Shown: positions 38,593-50,267 of the stretch, one piece after another
Layout: the number at the start of each line of letters is the position of its first letter
How positions within the stretch are numbered: position 1 is the first letter of the stretch
Assembly: GCA_002269645.1 (NCBI GenBank)
Contig: NIVC01000024.1
Location: forward strand, 434,001-498,000
Reading direction: 5' to 3'
DNA length: 64,000 nt
Source: Macrostomum lignano
Taxonomy: Eukaryota
The notes under the pieces: generated by a model
What the model was told of the DNA's origin: nothing
The model's input: the letters and a program-made list of their open reading frames with translations, nothing else
Databases searched by the model: none
Program-made: the position numbers and the translations under genes

Positions 38593-41500
38593 TCACACCT
38601 GACTGCAGAGGCCGTCCACATGGTCAGCGAGGTCGGCCACCGGTGGCGGCGGCAGCGAGCTGTACGAGCCGCGGTAGGCGTGGTCGGCGGTCATCTTAGC
38701 GGCTGCCTGCCTGCTTAAACTGCTGTACGGACTCTTGCTGAGCAGGATGTCCGGTTGAGCTTCTGGCTGCTGCAGCTGCAGCTCCGGCGCCTCATGGTGC
38801 GTGTACAGCGCCGAGGTGCCGTAGGGATCGAAGTCGCCGACACCGCCTCCGAGTCGACCGTAGATGTCGCCGTGGTTGCCGTGGCCGACGAGCTCTTGCA
38901 GCTCCTGACGGGTGTAATAGTCCCTCTCTGGCACCATCTGCTGCTGCTGCTGCTGGTGGGCCGGCAGCGGCGGAGGCTGCTGGGTGAACAGCGAGCCGAA
39001 CATCTGGTACTCATCGTAGTTGCTCTGACGGCTCGGGGCTCTGTGCTGCTGCTGTTGCTGTTGCTGCTTGGGAGGCTTGTTCACTCGGGCGTAGGGATCG
39101 TCAATCGAGGACATCTGGATGCCCTGCGGAACCCGGCTCGAGTCGATGCCGCTGTCGGACGATGAAGCGTTGGGCGAGCCCGGGATGGCCTCGTGCATCT
39201 GCAGAGTGTCCTTGAAGGTCACGCGGTTGCCACCTTGCAGAGTCGAGGCTGCCGGACCGCCAGCGCCGCTGCCAAGGCCGCCGCGACGCGAGGCGGTAGA
39301 CGCGCTGCGCTGAAGGCTGCCGCCGCAGACGCCGCTGAACTGGGAGGCGCTGCTCTGGGTTGAACTGCGCCTCATCTGCTGGTACTTGACCAGCCCGCTG
39401 TGGTGCTGCCGCTCCAGCGTGCCGCCGCCGGCGTTGCTGCCACCCAGACCGACAGTGTAGGAGTTCTCGCTAGCAATGTCCACCTGCTCGGAGATTGTGG
39501 GAATCATTGAGATCGCCTCGCCGTTGCCGCGGGACTGCAGGTACATGTACTGGCTGCTGCCGCCTCGCTTCATGCTGCCAAAATCGGAGTTGGATCTCTG
39601 GCGCTGCTGGTGCTGCGGCTGGTGAATCTTCCCGGGAAACTCCAGCTCCAGCCGAATGTTAAACTTCCAGTTGGCCTTGAAGCCCAGCAGGAACCAGACG
39701 CTGACCCACAGGCTGAGGTAGATTCCACCGGAGACAACGGCTGCCAGCATGGCGGGCTGCTGGTGGACCCGATAGAGGCCCACCCAGTCCCAGAGCACGG
39801 GCGCTTTGCACAGCACGGCGACAACCATCAGCAGGATTCCAGCCAGGTGCGGCGCGTAGTTCAGCCAGCATGGCGTCTCGTCGTTGCAGCTGCTGATCGA
39901 TCGATCGCTGACGCTCGATGAGGCTTCAAGCTGTAGGTAGTTCCGGTACTTGCGCAGGTTTGACAGCATCTGGGCGTAGCCAAACTCGAAGAAGGCGATG
40001 TTAGCTACTAGGAGAAGCAGATCGCCGATCGAGTGCAGGGCGATGATAGCCGGCGGCAGCAGGTTCACCTGGGTGACCACGCCATTGGACATGGAGGCTT
40101 TGAACAGCACTGAGGTCGCCTCGTAGGACAGCACAATGTGCAGGCCGCAGACGCAGAGGATGACGCTGAACATGAAGGCGAATGCGCGGTTGGAGAACCA
40201 GAAAGTGGACGGATAGCGGACCAGGAGAATGGCCAAGGCCAGCATCAGGTTGAACACCTCCGGGCAGACTGAGTTGGTTGCCGAGGCTTTCGGGTGATAA
40301 ATGAAGTCCAGATTGGTGCGCCAGATCTCATCTGCAAATATTGTGTGCATAATATGCATTATATAATATTACTGTATGTGTTACTATTAGTTAGTCATGC
40401 TTTTCATTACGGTTCAGTGGCCTCGTGGGAGCTGTAAAATACTCCAGGGTGAAGGGCTGCGGGACGTTGGGGCTGGCTTTGTCGGCAAGCCAAAGAAGTC
40501 TTTGTTGCTAACGCGCCGCAATGGCAGCCGGGGGAGGGATCATAAAACCGGAGCGTATCCCCTCTGTTGAGGAATTTCAAATCAATCAAAGGCATGTCTG
40601 CAGGTTAGACTAAGACAGGGCCTGCAGCTAGCGTTGCTAATATTTCCAAGATGATGGTAGCTGCCGTCCAGGCACCAACAGGCCAGACATCAAAGCAAGA
40701 TTTGTGGTCGCTGGGTTCCCGCTACCGCTGACACACACACCACATGCATACACAGCAGTCTCGTCAGGGCAGGCGGTGAGGGCAGTGTTTGCAAATGGCA
40801 TTTTTTCCAGCTTGCTGTTGGGATATGACTCAGTTTAATCCGATCCCAGCTATAAGGCCGCAACAGAGACCTCCCATAGATAGCAGTGAGTCAGTAACCA
40901 GGATTAGGGAGCATTGCTAGAGTCTCCCAAACCAATCAACACAATAAGCAGTTAAACTCTACAAACTTCTGAATGAGAAGCGCAGGGTGCAAGCTGGGTG
41001 GTTGAAGCCAGTTGCAATAAAAAGCACCTGCAGTTTTTTTCAGCCGTGTTTTGTCTTTTAACTTAGGGGCTGAGGGGAGTCACAGTTCCAGGACAAGCTG
41101 AAGACTGCATTGCAGTAATTGGACGAGATTTATCAAGGGCTAGTGATGCTTCGGGAAAACTTTGCAAAGTTTTGTTTTTCTTTTTTGTGTTTGTGTTGCG
41201 TCTTGTGCGATGCGCACGGCCTACCGCGGTGTCTTTGCAAGCTTCCCTTTCAGCAGTTGAGGTGTGCGAATTCGTGCTGCGGTCGGTGCCTTCTTTGTCG
41301 TCAAGAATTTAGAGCATTGCGGGACCGCTTGAACCCATGGACAGTTCAAAAAAGGACTCTCTGAACTAGAAAATTTCGCTTCATTCATGGCTGCTCCGGT
41401 CTCTTTAGTGCGCATGCGCTTCTCAACCGGATTTGTCTATGGTTAAACCCCATTTTAGCTGCATGTTGAGCCAGACCTGCTAAAAAGCCCACCATGTGCC

Positions 41501-41945
41501 ACAGGGAAAGGGAGAAGCTACCTTCTTGTATCTGGCGCGGATTATAAGGCAGAGACCGAAATGCAAGAAGATAAACTACAGACAGAGATTACGTAATCAG
41601 CGGGAACGGCCCCCGAGTCTGTTCTGCGCACGAACGAGAGGAGGAGGAGGACAAGAAAGAATTTTGCATTGCCGTGTCGCGCTGCCTGCTAACCCCCATG
41701 CCTGGCAAGATAAGGATCTTTAATTATACATGGCCTGCTTGATCTGCCTCGACTGTGCCCTACCTGCCTCCTGCCCAACTAGAGAGCCGCCAACAGGAAG
41801 AAAAATATAGAGCTCTATGATTTTTGTAGTTCAATCTCTTATTATTCTTCTTTCAGGTAAAAGGATCAGACAGACAGACAGACAGACAGACAGAGAGACA
41901 CACACACACACAGACACACAGACAGACACACAGACACACAGACAC

Positions 41946-41982
<37 letters not shown>

Positions 41983-42033
41983 GAGACACACACACACACA
42001 GACACACAGACAGACACACAGACACACAGACAC

Positions 42034-42066
<33 letters not shown>

Positions 42067-42068
42067 GA

Positions 42069-42130
<62 letters not shown>

Positions 42131-42151
42131 TAGGCAGGCAGGCAGGCAGGT

Positions 42152-42206
<55 letters not shown>

Positions 42207-42259
42207 TAGGCAGGCAGGCAGGCACGCAGGCAGGCAGGCAGGCAGGCAGGCAGGTAGGT

Positions 42260-42353
<94 letters not shown>

Positions 42354-42847
42354 ACAGACACAGGCGCAGGCAACTCACCGCTAGGCCGTTTCGCATGGTG
42401 AATCTCGGCAGCCTCCAGCACAGGCATGGGAATGAGCAGGCAGAAGGCCGTCAGCACGTGCAGCAGGCAGGTGTAGGGCATGAAGTGCCGCCTCAGGCGG
42501 CTCATGCAGGTGCCAACGGTGGCCTGGGCACCCGCTCCGCTGCTGGTCTCGGCGATGGCCACCCGCAGGCAGTCGCGGTCCCGACCGATCTGCACCCCAT
42601 CCTCAGCGTAGTTGGCGGTCTTGGCCAGCGCGGCGTAGAGAAAGAACGGCAGCAGAAAGACGGTGATAATCATCATGGCCAGGTAGAAATTCATGGGGCT
42701 CATGTCCCACTGCTCACGCAGGGCTTTGGCCCTGAATGAGGCGTAGCGCTGGAACGCAGAGTAGAGCAGGAAGGCGTTCAAGGCCAAGACGAGGATGGCG
42801 TACCAAATGCGCCACATCTTGTCGAATTTCGCTCTAGTCTTAGCCAT
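38593..42847 (-). CDS. tinc: Tincar-like multipass membrane protein, 2 exons, ~735 aa, long Gln/Ser/Gly-rich cytoplasmic tail
   Basis: Exons 42847-42379 (donor gtgagt) and 40331-38593, phase 1 matches. [10 protein letters not shown]..., [39 protein letters not shown]...FAFMFS resemble tincar-family motifs as I recall them. Confidence 0.75.
41868..42360. repeat. Compound (ACAG)n/(AC)n/(GCAG)n microsatellite in the tincar intron
   Basis: Directly visible; begins about 20 nt after the donor. Confidence 0.95.
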
Positions 42848-43569
42848 GGCTTGATAAAGTTCAGATTTCTGCCAACAAAGCTTGTTGCTTTTAGAAGGTT
42901 TGAATTTATAACTGATTTTCCTTCAGCTCTTAGCAAATAGCTTCTGAACACTGGGGGGCAGAGGGGGGGCTTTATATATATTCTGATATAAGCTTGTGCA
43001 TTTCTTTTTTTAGAACCAATCCATGCTAAGTCACCACTGTGGCCCATTCCCTTTCCCAGCTGTGGGTGGGCGGTCAGAGCAGGAGCATTGGACAATGGGG
43101 GTGGCAGTGAGTCATCGCTCCCTCTCCCTCTTACACCCCCAATCTCTCCTATCTCGTCCAAAGGCCTCAGTTTGCCCAGGTAAGGCTGGACAGGAATTTT
43201 AGGGCGACAAATGTTACTAAAAATAGTAACAAGGAAGAGGCAAAGAATAATTTCCGAATGGCGTGCGCTAATCAGACTACTTCTTTGTTGGCGTCAAGTA
43301 GAAATTAAAGCAAAAACTGTCGAAGAAGAAAATCGAGTTGAATTCACAGATACTAAAGAATCTAGATAGACTAGAAATGTACATAGCAATTCAAATTGTA
43401 AAGAAGCTGAGAGCCTACTCTGTTTTCAATAGTTTGTCTGCGCAGTGTCACTTAAATGTAATCTGGCAGCTAAAATCTCTTCTTCTTCCTCGAGATTTGC
43501 GGCCTCAGAAGCATATGGGGTTAAAAATGAGCAACAAGAATGTAACTCGATGTACACAAGTGAACGCAA

Positions 43570-43810
43570 GACGGAAAAAACTCAGCCTAGGGGGCAGGCC
43601 CAGTCTAGCTCAGCCAATGAGAGAGCAGTAAGGAGAGAGGTTTAAGTCAGACGGACAAAACTCAGCCTAGGGGGCAGGCCTAATCTAGCTCAGCCAATGA
43701 GAGAGCAGTAAGGAGAGAGGTTTAAGTCAGACGGACAAAACTCAGCCTAGAGGGCAGGCCCAATCTGGCTCGGCCAATGAAAGAGCAGTAAAGAGAGGTT
43801 AAAGTCAGGC
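43570..43810. repeat. Three tandem copies of a ~80-bp unit
   Basis: GACGGA.AAAACTCAGCCTAG.GGGCAGGCC...GCCAATGA.AGAGCAGTAA repeated three times. Confidence 0.85.
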
Positions 43811-43853
43811 ATAAGCGGGCCAGAGGAAAGCAAAACTACGTACAATTGTACAT

Positions 43854-44285
43854 GTCCTGTGCCTAAAAACCATTAAAATGGCACGGCTCGGCTCCTTGAT
43901 TTTATGCATGTAGTTTATCACAAGGACTACTTAACTGTTAAGTAATCCTTGTTTTATCATCGCTGTTACACATATTCTAACACAAAAGTTAAAATCAACA
44001 TAGATTATAATTAATTCTTTCTACCGACGCGTTTCGGACCAACAATGGCCATCTTCATCTTCATCTTCATGGCCACCCTGAAGATGGCCATTGTTGGTCC
44101 GAAACGCGTCGGTAGAAAGAATTAATTATAATCTATGTTGATTTTAACTTTTGTATTTCTCTGCCTGCTAAAGCGTGCTACCTTACCTCAATTTTATTCT
44201 AACACAGTCAGCTAAGAATCATAAAATAGATTCATAAAACCAATGAGCCGAGCCGTGCCATTTTAATGGTTTTTAGACACAGGAC
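43854..44285. mobile_element. MITE with 41-bp terminal inverted repeats, carrying a nested insertion
   Basis: GTCCTGTGCCTAAAAACCATTAAAATGGCACGGCTCGGCTC (43854-43894) matches the reverse complement of 44245-44285 with one mismatch. Confidence 0.75.
44075..44113 (+). ncRNA. Minimal hammerhead ribozyme in the right arm of a 76-bp palindrome (PLE-type terminal repeat)
   Basis: ACC-CTGAAGA-T-GGCCA(TTGT)TGGTCC-GAAA-CGCG-TC-GGT: intact core, GUC cleavage triplet, palindromic CGCG stem III, 3-bp stem I, stem II with one bulge. Confidence 0.65.
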
Positions 44286-44864
44286 CAATGACAACTCAAG
44301 TCTTGAGTAGTCTTTGATATAGAGTTGCTCATTTAATTGGTCTACCAGGGGCGATTAGTTGCAGCTTCACGAAGTGCAAATCTTTTTTCAACTTTAAAAA
44401 AATGAATATAAAGGCAATAAACGCTAATTTTGCTACTGAAAATAGAGTAGATGAGCGCAATTTGAATTCAAGTAAACTTGGACTAAGCAAAATTCCAGGA
44501 AATGGTTTAGTTTCATCAGGACATAAATTACAGGCCTGTATAAGAAATTGCGATTTCCCACGATAGCGAATGGTGTATAGAGCGATACCAGAAATTTATA
44601 TTTTAAATAGTCAAGCAACCTACACATGGATATCATTACATTCCTGCCACAACTGCGAAATTTGTCTTGTCTCGAATTCAATTACGTGGTAGCTTCCACA
44701 CGTTCTACTGCTATCCAAACACTTATTGATACTGTGGATAGGAAGTGCGCCTATTTATACTGCTAACTTAGGCCAGAATGCAATTTATCATCACTACGCT
44801 CGTGTTACAGAAATTTTGATGCATGATTTGATGTTTTCATCTATCTACAGGCGGTGGAATTTGT

Positions 44865-46968
44865 AAGATAGGGAATTGCCATTCTAGAGGGATAAGAGAA
44901 TTGTCCATTGTAGGGAATCGCCATTCTATAGGAGAACTCTCCAACATAGGGAATTGTCTTTCCATAGGGAAGTTATCCAACATAGGGAATTGCCTTTCCA
45001 TAAAGGAATTATCCAACATAGGGAATTGCCATTCCATAGGGAAGTTATCCAACATAGGGAATGGCCTTTCCATAAAGGAATTATCCAACATAGGGAATTG
45101 CCATTCCATAGGGAAGTTATCCAACATAGGGAATGGCCTTTCCATAAAGGAATTATCCAACATAGGGAATCGCCATTCCATAGGAGAACTCTCCAACATA
45201 GGGAATTGCCTTTCCATAAAGGAATTATCCAACATAGGGAATCGCCATTCCATAGGAGAACTCTCCAACATAGGGAATTGCCATTCCATAGGAGAATTAT
45301 GTCTCCAACATAGGGAATTGCCATTCCAAAGGGGAATTATCTACCGTAGGGAATCGCCATTCCATAGGAGAACTCTCCAACATAGGGAATTGCCATTCCA
45401 TAGGAGAATTATGTCTCCAACATAGGGAATTGCCATTCCAAAGGGGAATTATCTACCGTAGGGAATCGCCATTCCATAGGAGAACTCTCCAACATAGGGA
45501 ATTGCCATTCCATAGGAGAATTATGTCTCCAACATAGGGAATTGCCATTCCAAAGGGGAATTATCTACCGTAGGGAATCGCCATTCCATAGGGGAATTAT
45601 CTACCATAGGGAGTTGCCATTCCATAGGGGAATTATCTACCACAGGGAATCGCCATTCCATAGGGGAATTATCTACCATAGGAAATCGCCATTCCATAGG
45701 GGAAATATCTACCATAGGGAATCGCCATTCCATAGGGGAATTATCTACCACAGGGAATCGCCATTCCATAGGGGAATTCTCCAACATAGGGAATTGCCAT
45801 TCCAAAGGGGAATTATCTACCATAGGGAATTGCCATTCCATAGGGGAATTATCTACCATAGGGAATTGCCATTCCATAGGGGAATTCTCCAACATAGGGA
45901 ATTGCCATTCCATAAGGGAATTATAATCTACCAATCTACCATAGGGAATTGCCATTCCATAAGGGAATTCTCCAACATAGGGAAACGCCATTCCAATGGG
46001 GAATTATCCAACATAGGGAATTGCCATTCCATAGGGGAATTCTCCAACATAGGGTATTGCCATTCCATAGGGGAATTCTCCAACATAGGGTATTGCCATT
46101 CCATAGGGGAATTCTCCAACATAGGGAATTGCCGTTCCAAAGGGGAATTCTCCAACATAGGGAATTTCAATTCCAAAGGGTAATTATCTACCATAGGGAA
46201 TCGCCATTCCATAGGGGAATTATCTACCATAGGGAATTGCCATTCCAAAGGGGAATTATCTACCATAGGGAATTGCCATTCCATAGGGGAATTCTCCAAC
46301 ATAGGGTATTGCCATTCCATAGGGGAATTCTCCAACATAGGGTATTGCCATTCCATAGGGGAATTCTCCAACATAGGGAATTGCCGTTCCAAAGGGGAAT
46401 TCTCCAACATAGGGAATTTCAATTCCAAAGGGTAATTATCTACCATAGGGAATCGCCATTCCATAGGGGAATTATCTACCATAGGGAATTGCCATTCCAA
46501 AGGGGAATTATCTACCATAGGGAATTGCCATTCCATAGGGGAATTCTCCAACATAGGGAATTGCCATTCCATAAGGGAATTATAATCTACCATAGGGAAT
46601 TGCCATTCCATAAGGGAATTCTCCAACATAGGGAATCGCCATTCCAATGGGGAATTATCCAACATAGGGAATTGCCATTCCATAGGGGAATTCTCCAACA
46701 TAGGGTATTGCCATTCCATAGGGGAATTCTCCAACATAGGGAATTGCCGTTCCAAAGGGGAATTCTCCAACATAGGGAATTTCAATTCCAAAGGGGAATT
46801 ATCTACCATAGGGAATCGCCATTCCAAAGGGGAATTATCTACCATAGGGAATCGCCATTCCATAGGGGAATTATCTACCATAGGGAATCGCCATTCCATA
46901 GGGGAATTATCTACCATAGGGAATCGCCATTCCATAGGGGAATTATCTACCATAGGGAATCGCCATCC
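44865..46968. repeat. Minisatellite, 36-bp unit (CATAGGGAATTGCCATTCCATAGGGGAATTATCTAC)
   Basis: About 58 units; source of the MEWQFPMLENSP pseudo-ORFs. Confidence 0.95.
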
Positions 46969-47543
46969 CACAGAATCCTTCGCAGTCAGATAGGCTAAAT
47001 ATCATACAAGGCGATTTTCAGATGAGACGAACGTTCCAAATCATTAACACCTGTAATTAAGCGTCAAAAGCAAAATGTAACTTTTTCAAAGAAATACCCC
47101 AGCTTGTGCAAGGTTCATTTTAGACAAATAATTTTTCTGTTTTTTATAATTTATATTTGATTGAGTACTAAGGAGAGGCTGATAAGTTCAAAAGCAATTT
47201 TTGTATCCTACATTCAAAATGTGGTGCAATAATAATGTACATATATGCAATTGACAAAAGATAAACAAAGTTAAAAATAGACAGACAGTTGTCCAAGACA
47301 ATAGCTAACTCAAAGGGAAATAATGCTATATGTGATGAAAAGGTAAAAAAGAAAATTTAAATTTAAAATTCCGGAAAGTTTTGAGTTATACTTACAATTG
47401 GTTTGTTAATTTTTGAAAATAAATAATTATTAAATAGTGTAGGGTGCAAATTGCCTTTACCGATGAAATTGACAACTCTAAACTATTGAGATGAACTTTT
47501 AAAAAAAGCTTGACTTGGCATCAGATCATTTGGTCTCACTCCA

Positions 47544-47780
47544 GGGGTTGTAGTTTTAGCCCAGTGGTTAGAGCGTCGGAATTGCGACTGAAAGGTCGGA
47601 GGTTCGATTCTCGACCCACTTAACTCTGCATTGCTTCAGTTCACCCAGCTGTAAAATGGGTGCCAGCATTAGCTGGGGTAATTGAGGCTGTGTGTGGCGA
47701 CCCCCCAGTCCTTGGACTGAACAGCCGTACGCAGCCTTCAGATGCGCCGCGCAAATAGCTGCGGCTGAGCTGTCAGTTGT
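47544..47780 (+). mobile_element. tRNA-derived SINE, copy B (GC-rich, CpG/CpA intact)
   Basis: A box TAGCCCAGTGG, B box GGTTCGATTC, central CACTTAACTCTGCATTGCTTCAGTTCACCCAGCTGTAAAATGGGT; colinear with copy A. Confidence 0.78.
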
Positions 47781-47994
47781 ACATCTGCCCATTGGGAAAG
47801 GTGGAATAACAAACTATAGTCTGCAAAATATATAAAACCTTGGTTGCTTCTGACCTAAATTTCAGTTTTATAAAAAGCAAATAATGTTCATAAATTTCAC
47901 GACCACCCTCGTTCTTGTTACGCATTTGCGCTCCAAAGTCACGACATCTGATATGGGTGGATCAAGTAAAAAGCTCCTTTGAGAAACTCAGAAT

Positions 47995-49533
47995 TCAGTC
48001 ACAGAATCCGCCATCGTGCGAGTGCACCTCGTAGGCCCTGCGCCAGATGATGGACAGGCACACAGTGGAGTGGAACCTGTAGAATATGTTGATGGGCTGC
48101 CCGATGTGAACCAGAATATTCAGTGCGGCCGGTGACACATTGTCCAACTGATACGAGAACATCAGCTCCTCGACTTTGCGCACCTCGAAAGTCTCCATGA
48201 CCCACATGGACAGGTTGACGCCCAGCAGGGCCATCACGTGACTGCGGCCGGGCTTCGCCACGGCGGCGGGAAACGCATCGGCTCTGCGTCGAAGACCGTC
48301 TAGTAGGCAGAGCGTCTGCAGCACCAGCTGGAGACTGCAGCTGGCCTGGGTGATTAGCTCGGCAACCAGGTAGGCTGGCGGGAACTTATCCGAGTGATCC
48401 ACGAACACGGACGCCAGCGTGACCTGGTAGACCAGGGCGCCGAACAGGGCGAACGTGAGCAGCTTGTCGTCGAAAGTGTGCCGCTCGCATTTGGTCAATG
48501 CTAGGCGCTTCAGACGCGGGTAGACCATCAGGCACAGGACGCTGCCAGCCATGCTGAGTAGAATGTCCTGGCTGAGATAGGCGGCGCTGGCTGTCCAGCC
48601 GTCCAGGAACAGGTAGACAGCCACCGTGATCACTACGGTGACAGCCAGAGAGGCCAGACAGAGCGTCAGGCCACGCCGCGATTTGGCGAAGCGTCGACGG
48701 AAAAACTCAGCAACTGCACCAGCACTCGCGGAGCCTCCGTTGCCGCCGTCTTCGACCTCGGCGCCCTCGACGGCTTGCTGAGGATGAAGCGGCGCGAAGC
48801 TGCGATGGTCGCCAACGCAGGCCATGAGGTGCAGCACCATGGGAGCGCAGAGCAGGCAGTACTCGATCACGGCGGGCATGAGGAAAGGCTGCGCGGATTC
48901 CAGCAGACTCGAGGCGGAAGCGGCGGCAGAGTGCTCGCTGCAAGAATTCGACTCGTTCCGAGAATGATGCGGCTTTTCCTCGAACTTTTCTTTGATCTCG
49001 CCGATGGCCGAGCTGGCCCAGATGCAAATGTTAGCGGTGAACAGGTGAGCCAGGGCCATCCGGTTCTGAGCTTTTCGTTGCAGAAACACGGCTCGATGAT
49101 GGCGCAAGATGAACACCGCTTGAAAGGTTGTGAAGACCGCTTCGAGCAGGCTCATGAGAATTGCGGTGGTCCGAGAGCCGCAGGAGTGCACGGCGGCCAG
49201 CACAGCTGCGGTGCATCGCATCAGGTTCAACGCCACGGCCCCGGCCAAGAAGACAACCAGGCCGATGCGCAGGTAGATGTTGAAGCCTTCGCCAGCGTGA
49301 GTCACCTCCTGCGACGATGCAGCCGCCACCTGCCTGGCGTGCCAAGCCAGGTAGACAACAGCCGCCGTGCCCAGGGCGTAGAGCAGGGCAAAGAAGATCT
49401 CGTGGAATTGGGCGTGGGTGGGCGAGCTGCTGCTAACGGCGAAGTAGACAGTGGTGGCAACTCCGATAGACACGGCGGCGATCGTGTAAACGGTGCTGAC
49501 GAGCTGCCAGAAGAGACGGTACTCGCGATTCAT
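47995..49533 (-). CDS. OTOP: Otopetrin-family proton channel, one large coding exon (512 aa, possibly N-terminally extended)
   Basis: About 12 hydrophobic segments; YLRIG, AHLFTANICIW, PFLMPAVIEY, KPGR...VNLSMW and PINIFYRFHSTVCL motifs of otopetrins. In-frame acceptor ccgcag| 18 nt before the ATG. Confidence 0.9.
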   Translation of the reverse strand: MNREYRLFWQLVSTVYTIAAVSIGVATTVYFAVSSSSPTHAQFHEIFFALLYALGTAAVVYLAWHARQVAAASSQEVTHAGEGFNIYLRIGLVVFLAGAVALNLMRCTAAVLAAVHSCGSRTTAILMSLLEAVFTTFQAVFILRHHRAVFLQRKAQNRMALAHLFTANICIWASSAIGEIKEKFEEKPHHSRNESNSCSEHSAAASASSLLESAQPFLMPAVIEYCLLCAPMVLHLMACVGDHRSFAPLHPQQAVEGAEVEDGGNGGSASAGAVAEFFRRRFAKSRRGLTLCLASLAVTVVITVAVYLFLDGWTASAAYLSQDILLSMAGSVLCLMVYPRLKRLALTKCERHTFDDKLLTFALFGALVYQVTLASVFVDHSDKFPPAYLVAELITQASCSLQLVLQTLCLLDGLRRRADAFPAAVAKPGRSHVMALLGVNLSMWVMETFEVRKVEELMFSYQLDNVSPAALNILVHIGQPINIFYRFHSTVCLSIIWRRAYEVHSHDGGFCD

Positions 49534-50267
49534 TTCGGCTGCTGTGTGGGGCTGCGGTGAAATGGAGGAAATTAATTGATTTATTTTCCTGAGTAGGATT
49601 AATACGAAACAGTCGGTTATTAATTAGTACCTGTGAGTCTCCCCTCTAGCCAGAATCCAATATAGTAAATTGGTGTCTGCTATGGTGAATGTGGGTAGAA
49701 CAATAGAGCGACTTCCGACATTTGTTTGCAGGAAAATTATCACGATTATAGTTTTGTCGCTCTCATTCAATTAGGATTTGGACAGCGGCTTGTCGTGCTG
49801 TTGACAGCCAAGAGGGCCAACCCACCCCCCAAGGTGCAGAGAGTGGTATATGCCTGACAATTAGAAAGTCAGGGGGGCTGCTGTACACTCTGTGTGAGTG
49901 TGTGTACATGCATGTTCTTTTGCATGTGCTCAGAAGCCAGCTGAATGGGCTGAATTGATTCAGTTGTCACATCTCTCCTGCAGCTGTTTTATTTTATTAC
50001 TACTATTGATACTGCACCCAAATCCAGAGCCGGACGAGTGTAGGAGTCCACGAAAGCTCCCGGGCTATACTTTAAGGTTAGAAATACTTGAGGCATGCAG
50101 CTTGTGCCGTATCTCTTCAAGACACGACGGCGGAATTAAACAGAGGCATAGATTTTATGGCGGGGGACAAAGCCAAGAATTCTGCATATTGTACATGTAC
50201 ATGACAAAATTCCTACATGTACCAGGTACATTATAGTTTCAGAATGCGTGCTGTCAGCAATTGTTTT

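Noticed and set aside
44837-46998. MEWQFPMLENSP and HRELPFHRGII ORFs
   Set aside because: 36-bp satellite open in multiple frames.
48775-49560. Antisense ORFs over otopetrin, tincar and the helical-repeat exons (e.g. 54071-54430, 55641-56051)
   Set aside because: Shadow ORFs typical of GC3-rich coding sequence.
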